Positions 52,484-61,868 are shown, counted from the stretch's first letter. The stretch is DNA of 64,000 nt from Candidatus Omnitrophota bacterium (GCA_043732705.1 JAYTHE010000003.1:10352-74351), one strand, 5' to 3'. Translations and numbers: made by a program. Notes: generated by a model not told the origin, from the letters alone.

Positions 52484-53983
52484 TCAATTTGAAATGACAT
52501 GATTTTTCTTTTCAAGATTGCGCGACCAAAGCGAAAGCGGAAAACTCATTAAAAAATAAAGAAATGCGGTCGCAAGCCCTAATTCCAGAAAACGGTATGT
52601 CGTCGTCGCGGCTGTCGTATAGGCGCGCGTCAGCTCCATCACGGTAATAATCGAAACAAGCGAGGTATCTTTAAACAATGCGATAAAATCATTGGTCGAG
52701 GGCGGTAAAACTGTGCGCACAGCCTGCGGGATTAAAACAAAACGTAAAGTCTGCCAGCCATTCATACCGAGCGAACGCGCCGCCTCTTCCTGTCCTTTTG
52801 GAATAGAGAGCAAACCGGCTCGATAAATTTCAGCTTCATAGGCTGCGTAATTCATGCCGAGGCCGATAATCGCCGCGGCGAAGGCATTGAGCTGAATTCC
52901 TAAATTGGGTAAACCATAATACAAAAGATAAAGCTGGATCAAAAGCGGCGTACCACGAATGACCTCGATATAGCCGTAACAAAGCGCGCGCGGCAACCTG
53001 CCGCCGTACATCTTTCCAACAGCAAGCAATGCCCCTAATAGAACAGCAAACGTCATGGCAAGAAAAGAAAGCATGATGGTCATCACGGCTCCCTTTAAAA
53101 GCAACGTCCCGAATTTTAGAAGCGGATCGGATTCATGCGCGCGAGCCACATCCCAGGCTTTTGGATCAGCAAGTTTGTCCTGCTTTTCATTCCACATATT
53201 CCACTTGAGATAAATACGGCGCAATTCACCGGATCGAATCAGCGCGATAAAAGCTTGGTTGATTTGCTGTTTGAGTTGCGGTGAATCTTTGCGGATACCT
53301 GCGGCATAAATCCCCTCGCCCGCCAAATCTGATAAATTTTTAAATCTTGGATTTGCCCCCGCATAAAAAACTGCGATCGGAACATCCATAAGCACCGCTT
53401 CGGTACGCCCGATTTCAAGGTCGCGATAAGCTTCCACCGGTGACGGATAACCGATGACGGTAATTTTTCCGTCTTCGTCTAAAATTTTTTGCGCGAGCGT
53501 GCCGGAGAGCGTGCCCACTTTCTTGCCTTGTAAATCAGCAAAAGTCAGAATGTTTTTGTTTTCGGAGCGAACCGTGATTTGCTCGGAAAAATAATAATAC
53601 GGAATAGAAAAATCGATCACCTGCAAACGGTCCTGAGTCACTTCAAGGCCGTTAATGACAACGTCAAAGTCATCACGTAAAAGCGTGGGCACAAGCTGGT
53701 CCCATTGGACACTGACAAATTTGGGTTTGAGCTTCATTTGTTTCGCAAGCGCTTCGACAATTTCAATTTCAAATCCGATTAAATTATCGGGTTTTTCTTT
53801 GTCCGGAAAAACATACGGCGCACCGCCGGCCGCATCGCCGCCCCAACGCAATTCACCTGTCTTCTGAACGCGGTCCCAGGCCTCACCAGCAAACAAAGTC
53901 GTCGGCAGACAAAGCACCAATAAAAGCAGAATCTTAAAATTAATTTTCATAGCGTCGTAAATTATAGCCGAAAAAAAGACCAA
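52484..53983 (-). CDS. Fused periplasmic substrate-binding protein and permease of a polar amino-acid ABC transporter.
   Basis: The N-terminal ~260 aa resemble SBP_bac_3 (signal peptide, GELRWGGDAAGGAPYVF). The C-terminal permease has the EAA loop EEAARSLGMNGWQTLRFVLIPQA. The true start may be the internal Met MKINFKILLLLV. Confidence 0.85.
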   Translation of the reverse strand: MVFFSAIIYDAMKINFKILLLLVLCLPTTLFAGEAWDRVQKTGELRWGGDAAGGAPYVFPDKEKPDNLIGFEIEIVEALAKQMKLKPKFVSVQWDQLVPTLLRDDFDVVINGLEVTQDRLQVIDFSIPYYYFSEQITVRSENKNILTFADLQGKKVGTLSGTLAQKILDEDGKITVIGYPSPVEAYRDLEIGRTEAVLMDVPIAVFYAGANPRFKNLSDLAGEGIYAAGIRKDSPQLKQQINQAFIALIRSGELRRIYLKWNMWNEKQDKLADPKAWDVARAHESDPLLKFGTLLLKGAVMTIMLSFLAMTFAVLLGALLAVGKMYGGRLPRALCYGYIEVIRGTPLLIQLYLLYYGLPNLGIQLNAFAAAIIGLGMNYAAYEAEIYRAGLLSIPKGQEEAARSLGMNGWQTLRFVLIPQAVRTVLPPSTNDFIALFKDTSLVSIITVMELTRAYTTAATTTYRFLELGLATAFLYFLMSFPLSLWSRNLEKKNHVISN

Positions 53984-54090
53984 AGGTTAAAAGCTAAATC
54001 TTAAAACCATAGGCCAAAGCCCAAAATTATCCGGGCAGCTGAAGGTTTTGGGTTGTGGTTTTGACCTTTGAGTTTTAAGCTTTTACCTAT
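53983..54090. repeat. Family-C MITE-like element with imperfect ~40-bp terminal inverted repeats (GGTTTTGGG[CT]T[AG]TGGTTTTGACCTTTAAGCTTTAAGCTTT).
   Basis: Left arm aaaagctaaatcttaaaaccataggccaaagcccaaaa and right arm ttttgggttgtggttttgacctttgagttttaagcttttacc are near reverse complements of each other. Related half-copies sit in-frame in giant gene 1 at 15230..15269 and 15838..15877, each encoding SLKLKGQNHSPKP-like peptides. Confidence 0.6.
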
Positions 54091-54102
54091 TAGAATGCCC
54101 CA

Positions 54103-54471
54103 ATGAATCAAGCCAAGAATGTTCTCGGAACAAAACTTCAGCAATGCTGCGCCGACCCTGTCACGGGGTTTTATCGTGACGGCTATTGCAATACCGGCCC
54201 GGATGACTACGGGCTGCACATTGTCTGCGTGCAGGTCACAAAAGAATTTTTGGAGTTTTCCATGCGGCGCGGCAATGATTTGTCCACGCCGCATGAAGAG
54301 TGGGGCTTTCCCGGTTTACAGCCCGGCGACCAATGGTGTTTATGCGCGCTGCGTTGGAAAGAAGCCTATGACGCGGGCGCCGCTCCGCGAGTCGATCTTG
54401 AAGCAACGCATATTTCTGCGCTTGAGCATTTAGATTTATCCGCGCTCAAGAAATACGCGATCGTCGACTAA
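54103..54471 (+). CDS. DUF2237-family small Cys-rich protein.
   Basis: 122 aa with the pattern CC...TGFYRDGYCNTGPDD.GLH.VCV.VT.EFL.F...GNDL, which I recall as the DUF2237 pattern. Function is unknown. Confidence 0.5.
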   Translation: MNQAKNVLGTKLQQCCADPVTGFYRDGYCNTGPDDYGLHIVCVQVTKEFLEFSMRRGNDLSTPHEEWGFPGLQPGDQWCLCALRWKEAYDAGAAPRVDLEATHISALEHLDLSALKKYAIVD

Positions 54472-54666
54472 TTACTTACAGCCCTTGCGCAGCATCCGTT
54501 TCATTTAGTTCTGAGCTGACGCTCAACCACAAATCAGCCTTTTGAATTTGAACCGCATCCCTTGTTACAACACTCTTTTTTCTTTGCAAAAAAGTAACGT
54601 GCAGCTAAAACGATAACAGCAAGAGCAACAATGATCAGCGCAATAATCTCCGAATGATCTCTCATA

Positions 54667-56667
54667 TTACGAAAGTCCCAATAGTTTTCCGCCCTGATAA
54701 ACAATAAATGCTCCGCACCAAGCCAAAACGGTCATGTAAGCAACCATAAAAAGCGGCCAACCCCAGCCACCGGTTTCGCGCTTTACAATGGCGACAGTCG
54801 ACATACATTGGCAGGCCAATACAAAAAACACCATGATTCCCACGGCAACCAGCGGTGTATAAACAGGTTTCCCGGTTATCGGATCGGCAGCTTTTTGAAG
54901 CGACGTAATCAAGTCGGTTGAATGTTCGTCAGCTTTGTCGCCGACATTATAAATAATCGCCAAAGTACTCACCAAAACTTCGCGCGCAGCAAATGAAGAA
55001 ATCAGCCCAATCCCGATTTTCCAGTCGAATCCAAGCGGTTTGATAACCGGCTCAATTAACTTACCAAGTTTGCCGGCATAACTATTTTGAATTTTCTCAG
55101 CCGCCTCTTCATGGTCAAGTTGAAGATTCCGCGCGTCAAGATCGGCCGCGGTTAAAGATTGCGCCGCTTCGCGGTGATGAATTTGATATTTAAAAGCAAC
55201 GTCATTGTTTTTCGGGTAACTGACTAAGAACCAGAGAATAATCGAAATGAAAAAAATAGTCGTCCCGGCATTTTTGATGAATTCTTTGCCGCGATCCCAC
55301 ATCACAAGCAAAGCGTTTTGAAGCCGTGGAATGCGGTAAGGCGGCAGCTCCAATAAAAAAGCCGACTGTTTACCTTTCAGGAGTGTCTTTTTAAAAATCG
55401 TCGCCATCGTAAGCCCGGAGAAAATACTAAGCAGGTACATAGATAAAAGCGTCACGCCTTTAAGGTTAAGCAGGCCCAACACCGGCCTTGAAGGAATAAA
55501 CGCGCCGATCATTAAAGCGTAAACCGGCAGCCGCGCACTGCAGCTCATTAGCGGCGCGACTAAAATTGTCGCGAGGCGGTCATTTTTATCCTGAATCGTA
55601 CGCGTTGCCATGATTCCGGGAATCGCGCAGGCAAAAGAACTTAAAAGCGGTAAAAAGGCTTTGCCGTTTAAACCCACTTTTTTCATCACGCGATCAAGCA
55701 CGAATGCGGCGCGGGCCATATAACCAAAATCCTCGAATATGGCGATGAAAAAGAAAAGCAAAAAAATTTGCGGAATGAAAACAATTACATTACCCACACC
55801 GGCAATAATCCCGTCAACGACCAAACTTTCCAATTGCCCATCGGGCAGTACCGACGCAGCAAGCCGGCCGAACGCAGCGACCACGCTTGCGATCCAATTC
55901 ATTAAAGGTGTCGCCCAGGAGAAAATTGATTGAAAAATAACTGCCATTACAGTGATAAAAATAATCCACCCCCAAAAGGGATGGGTTAAAACGTCGTCAA
56001 TTTTATGCGAAGTGGTTCTGACTGCCTGTTCAGGCTGAACAACCATCTCTGAAGTCAGGCGATCAACAATGGCATAGCGTTCAGGAATGGAAAGTTGTGA
56101 AAAATTAGCTTTCAGCTGCGGTAGCATCCGGGCCTTCAATGCGCGGCTGATGGCTGATTTCAGCTCTTCAATACCGACACCCAAATTACCTTCGGTGGGA
56201 ACACATTCAATTCTAAATTCTGATTTAATTTTAGCAATATTAATTTTTTTCCCGCTTTGCACAGCCTCATCCCACATATTTAAAACAAGAACGGCGGGAA
56301 TGCCTGTCGACATAACTTGTAAAGCAAAATAAAAGTTCCGGTTAAAATTATTGGCGTCAACGATAACAATATTTAAATCGGGCTTGCTTGTGCCCGCTTG
56401 CTTTCCGAGCAAAATATTGCTGACAATTTCTTCATCGGGAGACTGCGGATTCAAACTGTATGCGCCGGGCAAATCCAAAAGATCAACGCTCTCTTCGTAT
56501 TCTTTCAGTTTTAATTTTCCCCATTTTCTCTCAACGGTAACGCCGGGATAATTAGCGGTCGTGTGACGCAAGCCTGTGAGGGCATTAAAGATAGTTGTTT
56601 TACCGACATTGGGATTACCGAGAAGCGCGACTATTTTAGGAGAGGCCGGAAGCTGCGGAGAGGTCAT
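54667..56667 (-). CDS. feoB: Ferrous iron transporter FeoB.
   Basis: The N-terminal G-domain LLGNPNVGKTTIFNALTG and DLPG are followed by a multi-transmembrane permease domain. 666 aa. Confidence 0.9.
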   Translation of the reverse strand: MTSPQLPASPKIVALLGNPNVGKTTIFNALTGLRHTTANYPGVTVERKWGKLKLKEYEESVDLLDLPGAYSLNPQSPDEEIVSNILLGKQAGTSKPDLNIVIVDANNFNRNFYFALQVMSTGIPAVLVLNMWDEAVQSGKKINIAKIKSEFRIECVPTEGNLGVGIEELKSAISRALKARMLPQLKANFSQLSIPERYAIVDRLTSEMVVQPEQAVRTTSHKIDDVLTHPFWGWIIFITVMAVIFQSIFSWATPLMNWIASVVAAFGRLAASVLPDGQLESLVVDGIIAGVGNVIVFIPQIFLLFFFIAIFEDFGYMARAAFVLDRVMKKVGLNGKAFLPLLSSFACAIPGIMATRTIQDKNDRLATILVAPLMSCSARLPVYALMIGAFIPSRPVLGLLNLKGVTLLSMYLLSIFSGLTMATIFKKTLLKGKQSAFLLELPPYRIPRLQNALLVMWDRGKEFIKNAGTTIFFISIILWFLVSYPKNNDVAFKYQIHHREAAQSLTAADLDARNLQLDHEEAAEKIQNSYAGKLGKLIEPVIKPLGFDWKIGIGLISSFAAREVLVSTLAIIYNVGDKADEHSTDLITSLQKAADPITGKPVYTPLVAVGIMVFFVLACQCMSTVAIVKRETGGWGWPLFMVAYMTVLAWCGAFIVYQGGKLLGLS

Positions 56668-56673
56668 AACAAA

Positions 56674-56901
56674 TCAGTTTATCGGCGAAACAAAAATCTG
56701 CTTAGCATCCTCAGTGCGGATTGAAAGACTGTAGCCGCGCACAATAATTTCCATCGGGCATCCCAGGGGCGCAAAACGCTTGAGCAAGACTTCGGTTCCC
56801 GGAACTACTCCAAGCTCCATTAATCTTTCATGCAGTGAGTTTTGGCTCTGAAAGCTCTGAATAACCGCTTTTTCTTTAATTTTAAGTTCGCTTAACAGCA
56901 T
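56674..56901 (-). CDS. feoA: FeoA-family protein.
   Basis: A 75-aa SH3-like protein (…ELGVVPGTEVLLKRFAPLGCPMEIIVRGYSLSIR…) lying immediately upstream of feoB. Confidence 0.7.
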   Translation of the reverse strand: MLLSELKIKEKAVIQSFQSQNSLHERLMELGVVPGTEVLLKRFAPLGCPMEIIVRGYSLSIRTEDAKQIFVSPIN

Positions 56902-57009
56902 ATGAAACCGCTTGATGATGAGGAGGTAAAATCCTATTAAGATTAAGTCTTAATAGTATACGGGGCAGGTCTTAAAATAGCAAATAGTCATTACGAGGGC
57001 AAAATAGGC

Positions 57010-57480
57010 CTATTCTGTATAGGAAACTCCGTCAGGAAGTTCATTTTTATCATCCGGCAAATATTCAAAATAATCTTTTAATTTTTCTCCGATTTTTACG
57101 ATAGCCCAAACAACTCCTTCGCCAAACTTTCCGGCTTTAAAAAACTCCGTCGTTTGATTCACGGTTTCATCCCAAAAATCCTGCGGGACTTCTTTGTGGA
57201 TTAAAATATCGCCTAAAATCACGAATTCACGGCTGTTCGAACAAATAAAAATAAGCACCCCATTGCGATGATTCGTTTGGGTCATTCCCAAGCGCTCAAA
57301 AACTTCGCGCGCCTGAGCCATTAAATCTATTTTCTTTTTCCGCGACTCAACATGCACACGCAGCTCCGCCGAGGTTTTTTGCTCGAGCGCTTGAATCGCC
57401 TGCCCAATCTGCTCTTTTTCTTTTTGAGAAAAAAAGGATTGCGGTGAACCACTTCTTTTTGGAAACAACTCAAATGCCAT
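57010..57480 (-). CDS. TPM-domain (YgcG/TLP18.3-like) protein.
   Basis: …ELRVHVESRKK…GVLIFICSNSREFVILGDILIHKEVPQDF… fits a TPM/DUF477 fold. It lies within a LemA-TPM-TPM arrangement. Confidence 0.6.
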   Translation of the reverse strand: MAFELFPKRSGSPQSFFSQKEKEQIGQAIQALEQKTSAELRVHVESRKKKIDLMAQAREVFERLGMTQTNHRNGVLIFICSNSREFVILGDILIHKEVPQDFWDETVNQTTEFFKAGKFGEGVVWAIVKIGEKLKDYFEYLPDDKNELPDGVSYTE

Positions 57481-57495
57481 TTTTAATTCTCTCTT

Positions 57496-58380
57496 TTACC
57501 ATCTTCCGCTTGCTCCTCCACCGCCAAAACTTCCACCACCACCCGAAAATCCCCCGCCACCAGAATAACCGCCCCCACCTCCGCCACGACTCGACCAGCT
57601 CGATCCTCCACGGCTCGTAAGTAATGCTCGAAGAATCAGCCACAATATCGCGAACGTAAAAAACCATTCCCAAAAGCTATACGCACCTGTATATCCTCGA
57701 TGCCCATTCCAATAAGTGCTATATCTAACTAAATCAATAATAAGAATAACTCCGATAATCAAGAGAATCATTTTCAGAAGAGCTCCCCCCCCATTGTTTT
57801 GAGCCGCGGCATTGGCCTGATATTCGCCTTTAGTCGCAGACAAAATAGCTCTCACACCACTTATAATTCCATTTTCAAATTCTCCCGCGCGGAAATAAGG
57901 CGTTACTTCGTTACGAATAATTTGCGATGACAACGCATCCGTTAAAACCCCTTCAAGCCCATAGCCCGCTTCAATGCGCATTTGGTGATCATCTTTAAAA
58001 ATTAAAAAGAGCACGCCATTATTGCGATCTTTTTGACCGATTTTCCATTGCTGCGCGATACGTATCGAAATATCTTCGAGCGACCCGCCCTCCATGCTTG
58101 GAAAAGTGGCCACGACGATTTGATTTGAAGTTTGGCGCTCAAACTCACGCAAGTCGGCGTCTAATTGCAATTTGGCCTGAGGTGAAAGTAAAGCTGCGCG
58201 GTCAGAGACGTAGCCGTCGGGCTTTTCGGGGATTTGGAAATCGGCCCAGGCGGAACAAGAAAGGCTTATAAAAAATGCAGCTGCAATAAATGATAAAAAA
58301 ATCCATTTATTGTTCCGCCTGTCCCGGACTTGATCCGGGATCTTTTTAGATTCCCGCCTACGCGGGAATGATAAAAACAT
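57496..58380 (-). CDS. TPM-domain membrane protein with a Gly-rich C-terminal tail. The annotated N-terminus is repeat-derived, so the true start probably lies downstream.
   Basis: YVSDRAALLSPQAKLQLDADLREFERQTSNQIVVATFPSMEGG…GVLFLIFKDDHQMRIEAGYGLEG matches a TPM domain. It has a transmembrane helix and a (GGGG[YF]S)n tail. The first 10 codons (MFLSFPRRRESK) translate a family-A palindromic repeat. Confidence 0.7.
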   Translation of the reverse strand: MFLSFPRRRESKKIPDQVRDRRNNKWIFLSFIAAAFFISLSCSAWADFQIPEKPDGYVSDRAALLSPQAKLQLDADLREFERQTSNQIVVATFPSMEGGSLEDISIRIAQQWKIGQKDRNNGVLFLIFKDDHQMRIEAGYGLEGVLTDALSSQIIRNEVTPYFRAGEFENGIISGVRAILSATKGEYQANAAAQNNGGGALLKMILLIIGVILIIDLVRYSTYWNGHRGYTGAYSFWEWFFTFAILWLILRALLTSRGGSSWSSRGGGGGGYSGGGGFSGGGGSFGGGGASGRW

Positions 58381-58410
58381 AAACTAGATTCCCGCCTGCG
58401 CGGGAATGAC
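58348..58410. repeat. Two tandem family-A palindromic repeats between the TPM gene and lemA.
   Basis: agattcccgcctacgcgggaatgat (58348..58372) and agattcccgcctgcgcgggaatgac (58386..58410). Confidence 0.8.
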
Positions 58411-58422
58411 AAATTTCATTTG

Positions 58423-59007
58423 TCAGAATTTGACTTGGGGCGCTTTTTCGGCACCTTTGTCGGCCTCAAAGTAAGCTTTTTCTTTGAGGCTCATCATTCC
58501 CGCAACAACCACGGAGGGAAAACTTCTGCGAAGGGTATTGAAATACTGCGCAACTTCGTTGAAACGCTTGCGTTCCACTGCGATACGGTTCTCCGTTCCT
58601 TCAAGCTGCGATTGAAGATCCAAAAAGTTCTGATTCGCTTTTAAGTCCGGATAATTTTCGGAAATCACCAGCAGCCTTGAAAGCGCGGATGAAAGCTGGC
58701 CTTGTGACTCTTGGAATTGCTTCATCATCGCGGGATTATTTACGACATCCGAGGTTAAGTTAATTTTGGAAACACTCGCGCGCGCATTGACCACATTTTG
58801 CAATGTTTCGCTTTCATGTTTGGCGTAACCTTTCACGGTTTCAACCAAGTTAGGAATCAGATCGAACCGGCGCTGATAAACATTTTCAACCTGCGCCCAC
58901 GCGCTTTTCACGCCCTCGTCCGCAGAAACCAATCTATTGTAAGAATTAGAAAGTAAAATTCCAATGAACACCAGGATAGCGAGCGCAATTAATAGGCCTT
59001 TTTTCAT
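58423..59007 (-). CDS. lemA: LemA-family protein.
   Basis: An N-terminal transmembrane helix plus LVSADEGVKSAWAQVENVYQRRFDLIPNLVETVKGYAKHESETL, the LemA signature. Confidence 0.85.
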   Translation of the reverse strand: MKKGLLIALAILVFIGILLSNSYNRLVSADEGVKSAWAQVENVYQRRFDLIPNLVETVKGYAKHESETLQNVVNARASVSKINLTSDVVNNPAMMKQFQESQGQLSSALSRLLVISENYPDLKANQNFLDLQSQLEGTENRIAVERKRFNEVAQYFNTLRRSFPSVVVAGMMSLKEKAYFEADKGAEKAPQVKF

Positions 59008-59080
59008 ATTCCACCTTTTTGTTTAAAAATGAGCTTTAAAAAACGGTTTTTTGAAGCTCTTATTATATCTAAAACTAAAC

Positions 59081-59121
59081 TTAAAATAAAAACCCCCGAA
59101 CGGCATAAAGCCATTCGGGGG
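59081..59121 (-). terminator. Rho-independent terminator immediately after tRNA-Met.
   Basis: Stem cccccgaacgg / ccattcggggg with loop cataaag. A U-run (tttttatttta) follows on the minus strand. Confidence 0.7.
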
Positions 59122-59128
59122 TTTCACA

Positions 59129-59205
<77 letters not shown>

Positions 59206-59395
59206 TCGAATCAATAAATAAAAACGATTATTCCATTTTCAAAATTAGTTGGCAATAAAGGAAGGTCGAAGTGAGATTTGAGTATTATATCAAAATTCAA
59301 GGCGAAATCAATGCCTTGTAAGGGTTATTTTAGGTATTTTTTGACCTTAACCGCCTATTCCGGCTTCATAGCAAAGGCTAATCTTGAGAAAAGCT

Positions 59396-61471
59396 CTACT
59401 TCTTGAACTTTTTGCGTGCTTTACCTTTTTGGGGAGTTGGTAAAATAGACGATGACTCTTTGTAATCGCCCAAAACACTTTCTTGGCCGTCTTGCCTCAT
59501 TTCAAACTCGCGGATTTTATCGCGATAATACGCCGCCTTATCGAACTCCAAAGCCGCGGAAGATTGTTCCATTTTTTGCTTCAGCGTCGAAAGATAGCTT
59601 TTTGTCCGGTACTCTTCATCCGATTCACCCACGACTTGATGCGTGAACTCATCGGCCTTCTTCCACTTCTCAATTCCGTCGCGAATTTCCTTAATAATGG
59701 TCTTGGGTGTAATGCCGTTTTCCTGGTTAAATTTAAGTTGAATTTTCCGGCGGCGTTCCGTCTCACTCATCGCGCGCTTCATCGAATCAGTCATTTTATC
59801 CGCATACATAATGACATAACCGTTAATGTGGCGCGCCGCACGGCCCGCGGTTTGAATCAATGAAACATCGTTACGCAGAAAACCTTCTTTATCCGCATCG
59901 AGAATCACCACCAAAGAAACCTCGGGCAAATCCAAGCCTTCCCGCAATAAATTAACGCCGATCACAACGTCGTACTTATTCAAACGCAAGTCACGGAGAA
60001 TCTCAACCCGTTCGAAAGCATCAAACTCGGAGTGGATGTAACTCACCTTAATTCCCAAATCTTTAAGATAGCGGCTTAAATCCTCGGCCATTTTTTTGGT
60101 CAAAGTTGTCACTAAGACACGCTCTTCTTTTTTTGTACGGGTCTTAATTTCCGCGATCAAATCATCAATTTGCCCCGTGGTCTTACGCACTTCGATCACC
60201 GGATCAACTAAACCCGTAGGGCGAATCACCTGTTCAACCAACTGGTCTTTTCTCGCCATTTCATAAGGCCCTGGAGTCGCGGAAACATAAAGGCATTGCC
60301 CAACCTTGCGCTCAAATTCATCAAACTTAAGCGGGCGATTGTCCAATGCAGACGGTAAACGAAAACCGAACTCGATCAGATTTTTTTTGCGTGACATATC
60401 ACCGTTAAACATACCGCGCACTTGTGGAACAGTTTGATGCGATTCATCAATCATCATCACAAAATCTTTTGGGAAATAATCGATCAAAGTCGAGGGTGTC
60501 GATCCGGGCGCGCGGCCCGATAAATGCCGCGAATAATTTTCGATACCCGAGCAATAGCCCAATTCTTTCAGCATCTCAAGATCATAACGCGTACGGCCTT
60601 CAAGCCGCTTAGCTTCCAAATCTTTATTTTGCAAATTAAGTTCCCTTAAACGCAAAACAAGCTCGGCCTCAATTGAAGCAATTGCCGCTTTCATTTTGTC
60701 ATTCGTCGTGACGAAATGCTTGGCGGGATAAACCGCAAGCCGCGGCAACATCTTTTGCGGTAAAAAATTAATTGGATCGAGAGAATAAATGGATTCGATG
60801 CCTGTATCCGAAAATTCAACCCGCAGAGGATGTTCGCTGTAAGCCGGAAATACATCGACCTTGCCGCCGCGCACGCGAAATTGTCCGCGTTTAAATTCTC
60901 CCACTAAACGTTCGTATTGAATTTGAATCAAGCCGAGCAGAAAGTCATCCATGTTTTTTTGCTGGCCAACTTCCACTTCTACTAACATTCCCTGCCAATC
61001 CTCAGGCGTACCCAAACCGTAAATGCAGGAAACGCTTGAAACGATAATACAATCAGGACGTGATAAAACCGCGCTGGTGGCGGAAAGGCGCAGCCGGTCG
61101 AGCTGGTCATTGATCGACGCGTCTTTTTCAATATAAGTATTAGAATGCGCGATATAGGCTTCGGGTTGATAATAATCGTAATAAGAAACGAAGTATTCGA
61201 CGGCATTCTCCGGAAAAAATTCTTTCATTTCTGAATAAAGCTGCGCCGCGAGTGTTTTATTATGCGAAAGAATCAATGTCGGGCGGCCGAGCTGCGCGAT
61301 GACATTCGCCATCGTAAATGTTTTTCCCGAACCCGTAACGCCGAGCAAAACCTGCTCTTTGAGTCCGGATTTGAAACCTTTAACGAGCTTTTCAATCGCC
61401 TGCGGCTGGTCTCCGCACGGCTGCATAGATGAAGCTAATTTATAGAGGGACATAACAATATTATAAACCAA
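59396..61471 (-). CDS. uvrB: Excinuclease ABC subunit B.
   Basis: Walker A GVTGSGKTFTMANVI, the beta-hairpin region, helicase motifs, and the C-terminal UVR domain (…YRDKIREFE…). The true start is probably MSLYKL. Confidence 0.95.
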   Translation of the reverse strand: MVYNIVMSLYKLASSMQPCGDQPQAIEKLVKGFKSGLKEQVLLGVTGSGKTFTMANVIAQLGRPTLILSHNKTLAAQLYSEMKEFFPENAVEYFVSYYDYYQPEAYIAHSNTYIEKDASINDQLDRLRLSATSAVLSRPDCIIVSSVSCIYGLGTPEDWQGMLVEVEVGQQKNMDDFLLGLIQIQYERLVGEFKRGQFRVRGGKVDVFPAYSEHPLRVEFSDTGIESIYSLDPINFLPQKMLPRLAVYPAKHFVTTNDKMKAAIASIEAELVLRLRELNLQNKDLEAKRLEGRTRYDLEMLKELGYCSGIENYSRHLSGRAPGSTPSTLIDYFPKDFVMMIDESHQTVPQVRGMFNGDMSRKKNLIEFGFRLPSALDNRPLKFDEFERKVGQCLYVSATPGPYEMARKDQLVEQVIRPTGLVDPVIEVRKTTGQIDDLIAEIKTRTKKEERVLVTTLTKKMAEDLSRYLKDLGIKVSYIHSEFDAFERVEILRDLRLNKYDVVIGVNLLREGLDLPEVSLVVILDADKEGFLRNDVSLIQTAGRAARHINGYVIMYADKMTDSMKRAMSETERRRKIQLKFNQENGITPKTIIKEIRDGIEKWKKADEFTHQVVGESDEEYRTKSYLSTLKQKMEQSSAALEFDKAAYYRDKIREFEMRQDGQESVLGDYKESSSILPTPQKGKARKKFKK

Positions 61472-61514
61472 CCGTCTAGATATTCGGCTGTGCCGGGGGA
61501 AAAGGGTTATTTCT

Positions 61515-61868
61515 TTATTTGGACGGGAAAATTGCGGATTGAATCAAATAAGCTAGCCACAGCAGCCCAAGGCCCAATAGTATAGTCATAGGAAAATTCA
61601 TTTTAAGCCAGCGGTTAAGAACAAATGGCACAAAAAATAAAAGCGACAAGGGCACGGATGTCAAAATTGAAACCGCAAACGAATTTAACTTATCCATGTC
61701 ACGGTATTCAAAATAGCTCCAGCACAAAGTTAAAATGGACGTAAGAGGAAGCGCGATCAAAAAACCCGCAAGAAAAGGTTTCTTTCCCGCAAGGGATGAA
61801 ACCGACGCAATTAATGCCGCCGATATGACTAATTTTAAGCCAAAAAGAAAAGAAGCGTTCATTTTCAA
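61515..61868 (-). CDS. Small hydrophobic membrane protein, a hypothetical.
   Basis: 117 aa with 3-4 predicted transmembrane helices and no recognisable motif. Confidence 0.4.
   Translation of the reverse strand: MKMNASFLFGLKLVISAALIASVSSLAGKKPFLAGFLIALPLTSILTLCWSYFEYRDMDKLNSFAVSILTSVPLSLLFFVPFVLNRWLKMNFPMTILLGLGLLWLAYLIQSAIFPSK

Noticed and set aside
54001-54294. 97-aa minus-strand ORF overlapping the family-C inverted-repeat element and the start of the DUF2237 gene.
   Set aside because: Its sequence is largely the translation of the repeat (…LKLKGQNHNPKP…), and it overlaps a better-supported plus-strand gene. It is likely spurious.
1137-58410. Possible CRISPR array formed by the recurring 25-bp palindromic repeat.
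   Set aside because: The copies are dispersed singly or in pairs across ~57 kb, and the spacing is not regular as in a repeat-spacer array. Some copies lie inside coding sequence, and no cas genes are present. A REP/MITE-like dispersed element fits better.
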